The notes beneath the pieces are model-generated. The model was not told where the DNA came from and ran no database searches. It was given only the letters and a program-made list of their open reading frames with translations. This document shows positions 31,615 to 38,889 of a DNA stretch of 62,971 nt, in pieces. Where the stretch lies: NCBI GenBank assembly GCA_964515925.1, contig CAZEYP010000007.1, positions 1-62,971 on the forward strand. Reading direction: 5' to 3'. Position 1 is the first letter of the stretch, and every line of letters begins with the position of its first letter. Source of the DNA: an uncultured Nitrospirota bacterium. GTDB taxonomy: Bacteria > Nitrospirota > Thermodesulfovibrionia > Thermodesulfovibrionales > JdFR-85. The translations under genes were made by a program, and so were the position numbers.

Positions 31615-32097
31615 ATGAAAAAAGAATTACTGTTAATAGGAGTATTTATTGTGTTGTTATTTACCGGATGTAACGAAAGCAGTGCTAAAGGTGTCCTGAA
31701 AGATTATACCTTTGTCACCGTAGATGGTAAGAGTATAAACTTTAACAATCTCAAAGGGGCTCTTATAGTAGTAATCAATATAGGTGGGCATTGGTGAAGG
31801 ATATGCAAAAGAGAAGCTCCCGAACTTCAGAGGGCCTATGCGAAATTCAAAGACAGAGGTGTAATCTTTATTGGTGCCTTTGTCCTTGGAAACAACCAGC
31901 AGATAAAAAAGTTTCGGGAGCGATATCATCTGACCTTTCCAGTTGGGAAGGAAAATGGTCTGTCAAAAAAACTTCACATTATTGCACTTCCAACTACAGT
32001 ATTTATAGGAAAAGACGGAAGAATAAAAAAACGCCATATTGGAGAGATTACATTTGAAGATTTAGATAGAGAAATTAAGAAGTTACTTAAACAATAA
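31615..32097 (+). CDS. Putative selenoprotein: TlpA/AhpC-TSA-like lipoprotein with UxxC
   Basis: Lipobox FTGC; reading through TGA 31795-31797 gives HW-U-RIC-KREAPEL...ALPTTVFIGKDG, a complete 160-aa thioredoxin fold. Confidence 0.85.
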
Positions 32098-32112
32098 AAG
32101 GAGGTTTAAAAA

Positions 32113-32382
32113 ATGAAGATGTTTGAGGAAATGATGAAGAAAATAATGGGCGGGATGATGAAGCCAGAGGACATGCCCGAGATGATGACTGCTATGATGG
32201 ACAGGTGTTTCAGTGAGATGAAACCCAATGACAAAATGGCATTTATGGAGAACATGATGCCCAGATGTATGAATATGATGTTTAAGGATATGTCTGTAAA
32301 GGAAAGGAAAAGATTTGCAGAAAAGATGCTTAACAGGATGTTTGGAGAGTTAAAAAAACATGCGGAAGAGGATACTCAATGA
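32113..32382 (+). CDS. Very Met-rich small protein with two Cys
   Basis: GGAGG SD; about a quarter of residues are Met. Confidence 0.75.
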   Translation: MKMFEEMMKKIMGGMMKPEDMPEMMTAMMDRCFSEMKPNDKMAFMENMMPRCMNMMFKDMSVKERKRFAEKMLNRMFGELKKHAEEDTQ

Positions 32383-32395
32383 GGAGGTGATAAAG

Positions 32396-32581
32396 GTGAG
32401 TGGTGAGACAATAAGGGATGTCATTGCCAGTCTTGAGCCTTCTGTTAAAAAGGAACTGCTTAACAGCCTTGTTAGTATGCTAATTGAGGAACTTACAGAG
32501 GCTGAAAAAAAGGAACTCCTTCAGAGGGTTGCTGCAGGGGGCAGAAAAGGCCGAGAGATGATAGAGATGGTTGAGCATTGA
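32396..32581 (+). CDS. Small helical hypothetical protein
   Basis: GAGGAGG before GTG 32396; position within the operon. Confidence 0.65.
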   Translation: MSGETIRDVIASLEPSVKKELLNSLVSMLIEELTEAEKKELLQRVAAGGRKGREMIEMVEH

Positions 32582-32605
32582 ATAAAGGAATGCACGGATT
32601 CAGGT

Positions 32606-32875
32606 GTGAATCCGCTTGAGATGAGCAAGGAACTTATTTCTGCATTCAGTCATTCCTATGAACTGGCAACATACTCAACACCTGAATTGAGGACATTGTT
32701 TAATGACTGGCTTTCAGAGATTGAGCAGGAGGTGGTCTCCTTTCTTAAAGACAGACACAGGGTTGACCCTGACGAGGTGGCAGGACATCTGAGGATAGGC
32801 CGTGAGAGTGCAATATTCATCCTGAGCAAACTTGCCAGGGAAGGAAAGATAAACATGCAGGCATATGGGTTTTAA
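32606..32875 (+). CDS. Hypothetical protein with C-terminal winged-helix-like segment
   Basis: TPELRTLFNDWL and A.HLRIGRESAIFILSKLAREGKI. Confidence 0.65.
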   Translation: MNPLEMSKELISAFSHSYELATYSTPELRTLFNDWLSEIEQEVVSFLKDRHRVDPDEVAGHLRIGRESAIFILSKLAREGKINMQAYGF

Positions 32876-32899
32876 CATATCTTATTGGGAGGTTATTCC

Positions 32900-33190
32900 A
32901 TGAAACTATTTGATTTCAAAAGTGGTGCCATTGCTTCTGCACTGGCATATGCATTTTGTTGACAGCTACCGCTGGTCCTGGCCAGTGTGGGGCTGGGGAG
33001 TTTTACATTTTCCTTATGGTTTATAAAGTACAGATGGCTCTTTCTTGTAATTACTTTTGTATTTCTTGCTATTGCGTGGTATATGACCTTCAAAGGTCAG
33101 AGGAAACCGGGCAAATGGAGCAAAGCAATACTTTATGGTACCACAGTGTTGAGTATTACACTTGTGCTTTACAGTTTTATAACCACATAA
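32900..33190 (+). CDS. Putative selenoprotein: MerT/MerF-like transporter with Cys-Sec in place of Cys-Cys
   Basis: GGAGG and ATG 32900; AYAFC-U(32960-32962)-QLPLVLASVGLG aligns with the MerT CC..PLVL..LG motif; three TM helices; hairpin directly 3' of the TGA. Confidence 0.8.
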
Positions 33191-33201
33191 AGGAGGCAGT
33201 G

Positions 33202-34638
33202 ATGTCGGACAAAGACAGAAAAACAAAACCTGACAGTTGCTGACCCTCAACCGACTCTGCCAGTGGGCAGGACAGGATAAGTCAGGAGTCAGGAGTCAGA
33301 AGTCAGGAGGGGGATGCAGAAAAGGGCGCTCCAAAGGCCGAGCACTGCATGGTCTGTGGTGAGAAGCTGCAGTATCTTGAGACCTCACGCAGTTTGAAGT
33401 GTCTATACTGCGGCAAGGAAGAGGAAGGTCACATTACCTGCCCTAAGGGACACTACATCTGTGAGCACTGCCACAACCAGGACGCAATGCGGATGATAGA
33501 GGATGTGGCCTTCAGCACTAAATCTCAAAATCCAGTTGAGATAGCCGAGCTGATGCTCTCCTTTCCAGGGCTTCCAATGCTTGGCTGCCATCATGCCTAC
33601 ATCGCAGGTGGTGCACTCATGGCGGTAATAAAAAACTCTGGCACAAGAAAGATAACCAATGATGATATAAAGGAGGTCTTTAAGAGGACTAAACGCCAGG
33701 CACATGGTGGATACTGCGGCCTTACCGGGGTTTGCGGCATTGCCCCTGCAATAGGAGCGGTTTTTGCTGTATTGACTGGGTCAAAGTGTGGCACAGACAG
33801 AGAGCAGCGGATTACAATGGAGGCAGTCACGAGGGTTACAAGGGCGATAACAGAACTAACAGGGCCCAGTTGCTGCAAGGCATATGTGAAAAGCTCCCTT
33901 GAGGTGGCCACAGAATCTCTCAGGGAATCCCTTGGAATTGAACTTCCCACGCAGAGGGTGTCGGCCTGTCTTCATTCCGAGAAACATCCCCACGGCTGCC
34001 GGGAGATGAAATGTCCATACTTTGGCAGTAGTGGTTCAGATAATGACAGGCTCGAAAGTCAGGTTGAAAACCCGCTTCCGTCACTCAATGATTTTTCCTC
34101 TAAGGATGAGACAATGGATTTTCTCATTAAAAAGGCCCTTGAACTCGGTGCTGAGAGGGCAAAGTTAATTGACACAAATACAGTGGTTGTTCAAGAGTGG
34201 GTTAGATGGAAATGCCGTTACGGCTGTCCTCTTTATGGAAAAGATGCCTATCATCCTCCCTGTGCTCCTGATGCAGAGACCACCCATAGGATGCTTTCTG
34301 AATACAAAAGAGCCATACTGATGAACTGCCCAAAGGGAAAGCCTCTTACAGAGGTGGCGGTAAGACTTGAAGGTATTGCCTACAGGATGGGATTTTATAA
34401 GGCATTTGCGATGACAGCACTTTCCTCAGGACCTCCTGGCATGACCTGACCTTCGGGTGAGGAGGATGCCCGGGAGGACTCCGAGAGAGAGGCACAGAAG
34501 GAGATGAGGATCAGACCCCTTATGGAGGCATGTGGTATTGATGTCTTTAAGACCGCCCGTGCAAATGGCTTTGAGATTGACACCAGGAAAGAAACTTACG
34601 GCAGGTGGAACTACTTTGCCCTCTTACTGATTGAGTAA
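33202..34638 (+). CDS. Putative double-Sec protein: N-terminal CU, DUF5714 and DUF2284 (478 aa)
   Basis: AGGAGG and ATG 33202; in-frame TGAs at 33241-33243 (SC-U-P) and 34447-34449 (GMT-U-P); readthrough restores the DUF2284 tail RPLMEACGIDVF. Confidence 0.8.
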
Positions 34639-35240
34639 TTCCCTGAACTTTTTCCGGGTTCTTTATCATTGCCCTCTTTTGACTCCTTCTCAAAGACCTC
34701 ATAGAGTCTGAGTTCCATCCTGAATGTCCTGAGTTTCAGGGTCTCATCCCAGTTGTAAATCTCTGGTGGGCCGTATTTTTTGTTTTTCAGCACATACCGC
34801 TCAAGATACTCCCTGTCAGGAAAAACTATTATATATTCCTTAACGCCAAACCTCTCATAAAGGGCCTTCTTTTCCCGACGGTCCTTCAGTTCCGTGGCAG
34901 GAGAGGTTATCTCTATTACAAGATCAGGGGCGCCCTGAATATTGTCTTCTGTGATCTTCTTCTTTGAGCAGACAACGAACAGATCAGGCTGAACCACATT
35001 GAACTCATCAAGCACCACATCCGTGGGGGCATAAAAGGGAATACAACTTTTTAAGGCATCCTTGTTGTTTACAAATACCTCGGTTAGTCTCCACAAAATC
35101 CTCTGGTGTCTGGTCTTAGGTGCAGGTGACATAGAGTAGGCCTGCCCATCAATCAACTCCCACCTCTCATCATCAGGCCATCTGAGGTAGTCCTGGTAGG
35201 TGAACCGCCTCTGTTTCTTAAGTGCAACCGGCATGTTCAA
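34611..35240 (-). CDS. Uma2/DUF820 endonuclease-fold protein, copy 2
   Basis: Same motifs as copy 1; intact ATG. Confidence 0.88.
   Translation of the reverse strand: MNMPVALKKQRRFTYQDYLRWPDDERWELIDGQAYSMSPAPKTRHQRILWRLTEVFVNNKDALKSCIPFYAPTDVVLDEFNVVQPDLFVVCSKKKITEDNIQGAPDLVIEITSPATELKDRREKKALYERFGVKEYIIVFPDREYLERYVLKNKKYGPPEIYNWDETLKLRTFRMELRLYEVFEKESKEGNDKEPGKSSGNYSISKRAK
34683..35227. repeat. 545-bp direct repeat, copy 2
   Basis: Matches 30614-31158. Confidence 0.92.
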
Positions 35241-35308
35241 TTATAACATACTTTAAAGATTTCCTTAACATGGCCGACTTAGGTTATTAACTATGTTTTT
35301 TTATGTTC

Positions 35309-35340
35309 TTCACAATTTCTTCGCAATTAAGTGTTATGGT
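35309..35340 (+). promoter_or_regulatory. TTCACA-N5-TTCGCA-N9-TATGGT promoter element
   Basis: Same geometry as the boxes at 20.8, 21.8, 25.5 and 26.3 kb. Confidence 0.6.
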
Positions 35341-35474
35341 AATAATCAAGAGTGCAGGGTTGTGGTCGTCAAGTGAGAAGTGAAATATAGTTACTATGAA
35401 AGAAATTTAATGTTGTAAGTTCATATAAAAACAAGTATAATGAACACTGAAGGAAAGAAAGGAGGGGAAAGATT

Positions 35475-35726
35475 ATGCATGGCACCGGTTTTGGTATGGG
35501 ATTTGGTGGATTTGGTCTGGGCTGGGTCTTCATGATACTTTTCTGGGGAGTAATCATCCTTGTTGCTGTTTACCTGATAAAAGCTGTATTTACTGATAAA
35601 AAATCAGATAGCCCTGGTAAGGATTCTGAGACAGCCGAGGATATACTCAAGAGAAGACTTGCAAGTGGTGATATTTCTACTGAGGAGTATGAAGAAAAAC
35701 TAAGAATACTTAGAGAAGGGAGGTGA
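35475..35726 (+). CDS. SHOCT-domain small membrane protein
   Basis: MG.GG.G..FMILFW TM segment; AEDILKRRLASGDISTEEYEEK. Confidence 0.85.
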   Translation: MHGTGFGMGFGGFGLGWVFMILFWGVIILVAVYLIKAVFTDKKSDSPGKDSETAEDILKRRLASGDISTEEYEEKLRILREGR

Positions 35727-35730
35727 AGGA

Positions 35731-35793
35731 ATGAAGATAAAGAAGGTCACAAAGCAGGCATCATCAACCTGCAAGTGCCACAGTTCCTGTTAA
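35731..35793 (+). CDS. Candidate 20-aa Cys-rich peptide MKIKKVTKQASSTCKCHSSC
   Basis: GGAGGT SD 6 nt upstream, overlapping the previous stop codon. Confidence 0.4.
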   Translation: MKIKKVTKQASSTCKCHSSC

Positions 35794-35868
35794 GAAAAAG
35801 GGCGATAGGCAATGGGCAAATTAACCAATAACTAATTACCAATAACGAATTTAAGGAGGTTTCAGTAT

Positions 35869-36516
35869 ATGAAACGAATGTTGTTATTAATTATTGTAGC
35901 CCTTGGGTTAATGGCAGGTTCAGCCTTTGCTCAGATGGGTAATATGATGGGGCAGGGTATGATGGGACAGCCTCAGCAGGAGCAGGCACCTGTACAGCAG
36001 ATGCCCTACCAGATGGGCCCTGGTGCAGGATATGGTTACGGAATGATGGGTCCAGGTATGATGGGTGGTTATGGAATGGGCTATGGAATGATGGGGCAAG
36101 GTTATGGTATGGGCCCTGGCATGATGGGTGGTTACGGCATGGGGCCTGGCATGATGGGTTATGGTGGCGGCTATGGAATGATGGGTAGAGGAATGGGCCC
36201 CGGAATGATGATGGGCCCTGGGATGATGGGAATGATGCACAGAATGATGATGGGCCCGGGAATGATGGGTTATGGAATGATGGGCCCTGGCTATGGAATG
36301 GTTCCTGGATACTCAAAGGAGTATCAGAAATTTCTTGATGAAACCCGTGATCTCAGAAAAAAGTTGAATGAAAAGAGGTTTGAGTATTTTGAGGCTCTGA
36401 GGGACCCAAAAACAAAGCCTGAGACTTTAACAAAGTTAAGAGACGAGATAGTTAAACTTCGCAGAGAGATATACAAAAAGAACCCCTTTGCAGGTTTCGG
36501 CTGTTATGGTTATTAA
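35869..36516 (+). CDS. Exported Gly/Met-repeat protein with ZraP/Spy-like helical C-terminus
   Basis: Signal peptide; many GMMGPG repeats; YQKFLDETRDLRKKL...EIVKLRREI. Confidence 0.75.
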   Translation: MKRMLLLIIVALGLMAGSAFAQMGNMMGQGMMGQPQQEQAPVQQMPYQMGPGAGYGYGMMGPGMMGGYGMGYGMMGQGYGMGPGMMGGYGMGPGMMGYGGGYGMMGRGMGPGMMMGPGMMGMMHRMMMGPGMMGYGMMGPGYGMVPGYSKEYQKFLDETRDLRKKLNEKRFEYFEALRDPKTKPETLTKLRDEIVKLRREIYKKNPFAGFGCYGY

Positions 36517-36585
36517 ATGATCCTTCCACCCGATGCCCTGCACAGGGCACCGGGTGAACAGACATGCAAGGAAACGGGGATATGA

Positions 36586-37416
36586 ATGTTACAGGGTGTA
36601 ATGCTCTTGTGGTTTTTACTTACTGCAGTTTCTGTGGTTTTTGTAGCAATAGATATTGTAAAAACACCTGAGTCTACAGTGCTTAAATGGGGATTTGTAT
36701 TGATTACTGCTTACATCGGTCCGGTTGGTGCATTCCTTTATGTGCTTGGTTGCAGAGAGCCACTTCCAGGTCTTCATAAACAATATACCTCACATAGATG
36801 GCGTCAGGTATTGGGCTCTACCATGCACTGCGTATCTGGTGATGGGTTGGGAATTCTTGTAGGTGCAGTTATTGGTGGGCTAATTCATTTTTCCAGACCA
36901 CTTGAGATAGGTCTTGAGTATCTTCTTGGGTTTGGTTTTGGATGGACCATCTTTCAGGCACTCTTTATGAAAGACACTGCTGGAGGCTCCTTTTTAAAGG
37001 CATTGAAGAAGACCTTTATTCCAGAACTTGTTTCAATGAATTATCTGATGGCTGCAATGGTGGTGGTAATGTCGTTTGGAATGAAGATGATTCCAGACAG
37101 TAATAACCCTTTGACCATGGGTTTTTGGTTTGTTATGTCAATGTCTTTATTAACCGGTTTTGTCTTTGCCTATCCGGTGAACTGGTGGCTGGTATCAAAC
37201 AATCTAAAACACGGAATGATGACAGTAAGACCTGCAGGAACGGCTCATAACATTGAGAAACAAGGTGGCAGTAATGCAAAACATGGCTTGGATATGAATA
37301 CTCATTCAACAGATATGCAGACGGCCAGGGTTTCTACCACCTCTTTGGTTTTAACGGTGGTTATGTCATTTATTGTTTTTGGCATTGGTATTGGAGTTGC
37401 ATTTGCATGGGGGTAG
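36586..37416 (+). CDS. DUF4396-domain membrane protein
   Basis: STMHCVSGDG.G and FAYPVNWWLV..NLKHGM. Confidence 0.85.
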   Translation: MLQGVMLLWFLLTAVSVVFVAIDIVKTPESTVLKWGFVLITAYIGPVGAFLYVLGCREPLPGLHKQYTSHRWRQVLGSTMHCVSGDGLGILVGAVIGGLIHFSRPLEIGLEYLLGFGFGWTIFQALFMKDTAGGSFLKALKKTFIPELVSMNYLMAAMVVVMSFGMKMIPDSNNPLTMGFWFVMSMSLLTGFVFAYPVNWWLVSNNLKHGMMTVRPAGTAHNIEKQGGSNAKHGLDMNTHSTDMQTARVSTTSLVLTVVMSFIVFGIGIGVAFAWG

Positions 37417-37453
37417 GATAAAAGTAAATTAAAATTATATAAAGAGGAGTCAA

Positions 37454-38647
37454 CTATAAAGAATTAACCTCCTTAACGAGGAATTTAGATTTATGAGAAA
37501 GCATAGCGAAAAGGGTTCTCAGGAGTTTATGAGCAGTGGCCAGGATGGCTTTTTTATAAGGCAGGCCGTCAGCTCTTCTTTTAAGGAAGTAAGACTTAAA
37601 AGTGTCATTGAATCTAACAACACTTGTGGTCATAAGATAAATGACTCTTCTGAGGTGACGATTACCTCGTTTAGATATTCTGCTTGTGCCTTGAAACTTA
37701 CCCGACTGATAGACAGAGGGGTCGATACCTGCATAGGCAATAAGGCTTTTATGGGAAGAGAAGTTTTCAATACTACCGATTTCAGCAAGGAAAGTGGCAC
37801 CTGTAGTGGAATCAATGCCATCAATGGAGGTAATGATTTCGAGTTCATCAATGGCAATGCTCTGGCATTGCTCTTTGAGGGCTCTGTCGAAGGTTTCGAG
37901 TCTTTTCATAAGGTGCAGAAGGGTGGAAATTTTCTCACTGAGGATGAGTTCTTTAGCAGGGCTTATGGAGGCGATAGAGTTTTTAGCGGCATGGATGAGC
38001 TTTGTAGGGGACACAGAGGCTCTTCTGCCTCTACCATTAAGACTGAAGGCCTCAGAGAGGGTTTCGGGATTAGAGACGGCAATAATGCGAGCAGAGGGGA
38101 ATTGCTGAAGGAACTGGAGCATGGTTTTAGTGAAGGGGTTACAGAGGCTGAGGAGTTCAGGGAAGGTAGTTTGAAGGAGTCTTTTGATTTCGTTTTTAGT
38201 AGAGGCGATAAGGGAGGCGATGGATTCTCTTTCTCTGGCAATATCTCTAAGGTCAGAGAGGTTCTGGGAGATATGGGTCTGGGAGATGGAGTCTTTATGG
38301 AGGAGGATAAAACGGGCAATGGTGAGGGAGTCTTTTTTGTCGGTTTTGGTTTTTCTGAGGGTGAGTTTAGCGAAGTTAAAGATTAGAAGGGGATTGATAA
38401 CGACGGTATTAAGGCCTTTGTTGGAGAGGAAGGAGAAGAGATTGATGTGGTAACAGCCTGTGGATTCCATGGCAATGAGTGCAGAGGGAGGGCTGCAGCA
38501 GTGGGAGGAAATGTGTTTAAGGAGGGTGGAGAAGCCCTCTTTGTCCATACTGGCAGAGAAAGAGAAGAGGGGCTGGCCTTTTGTGTCAATACCAGTAGCA
38601 GAGAAGGAATCCCTGGAGACATCGATACCGACGAAGAGACTATACAA
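37454..38647 (-). CDS. IS110-family transposase/recombinase
   Basis: GIDVS, MESTGCY, KTKTDKKD (DEDD) and AYAGIDPSVYQSG...ISKRGNRHLR; AAGGAGG before TTG. Confidence 0.95.
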   Translation of the reverse strand: MYSLFVGIDVSRDSFSATGIDTKGQPLFSFSASMDKEGFSTLLKHISSHCCSPPSALIAMESTGCYHINLFSFLSNKGLNTVVINPLLIFNFAKLTLRKTKTDKKDSLTIARFILLHKDSISQTHISQNLSDLRDIARERESIASLIASTKNEIKRLLQTTFPELLSLCNPFTKTMLQFLQQFPSARIIAVSNPETLSEAFSLNGRGRRASVSPTKLIHAAKNSIASISPAKELILSEKISTLLHLMKRLETFDRALKEQCQSIAIDELEIITSIDGIDSTTGATFLAEIGSIENFSSHKSLIAYAGIDPSVYQSGKFQGTSRISKRGNRHLRRVIYLMTTSVVRFNDTFKSYFLKRRADGLPYKKAILATAHKLLRTLFAMLSHKSKFLVKEVNSL

Positions 38648-38689
38648 TTTGGCACCTCCTTGAGGTATTCAATTGGTAAGGCAGGGGAA

Positions 38690-38816
38690 GCCTCCCGACC
38701 AATCCTCCATAGTGACGAGGGTTCATTGACCCAATCAACCTATGATGGTTATGGGAGGCAGGGAACAGACTCCTCTAAGGGTTCAAAGACCCAGGGAAAT
38801 TGGAGTTCTCCTGCCT
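38690..38816 (-). ncRNA. Candidate IS110 bridge RNA region
   Basis: Two nested stem-loops, each capped by GGGTCWWTGAACCC (38719-38732 and 38779-38792), upstream of the recombinase. Confidence 0.5.
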
Positions 38817-38889
38817 TTCCACCTTTGAGATATACAGGTAAAACCTGCTTTCTTTATAACAATAACACAAATTCATTGTAGGAGGAAAA

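Larger units (their letters stand above)
37448..38858 (-). mobile_element. IS110-family insertion sequence (boundaries approximate)
   Basis: Transposase with about 200 nt of structured upstream non-coding end and a very short downstream end; interrupts the co-oriented operon. Confidence 0.8.

Noticed and set aside
31243-34638. Mercury-methylation (hgcAB) or classical mer/ars operon
   Set aside because: There is no HgcA cap-helix motif, merA, merP, arsB/acr3 or arsC in the window.
36527-36556. GC-rich hairpin after the ZraP-like gene as an intrinsic terminator
   Set aside because: No U-tract follows and the next gene is co-oriented 30 nt downstream; it is more likely a stabilising or processing hairpin.
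37493-38386. 297-aa ORF and other ORFs antisense to or overlapping the IS110 transposase
   Set aside because: Shadow frames of the transposase with no recognisable motifs.
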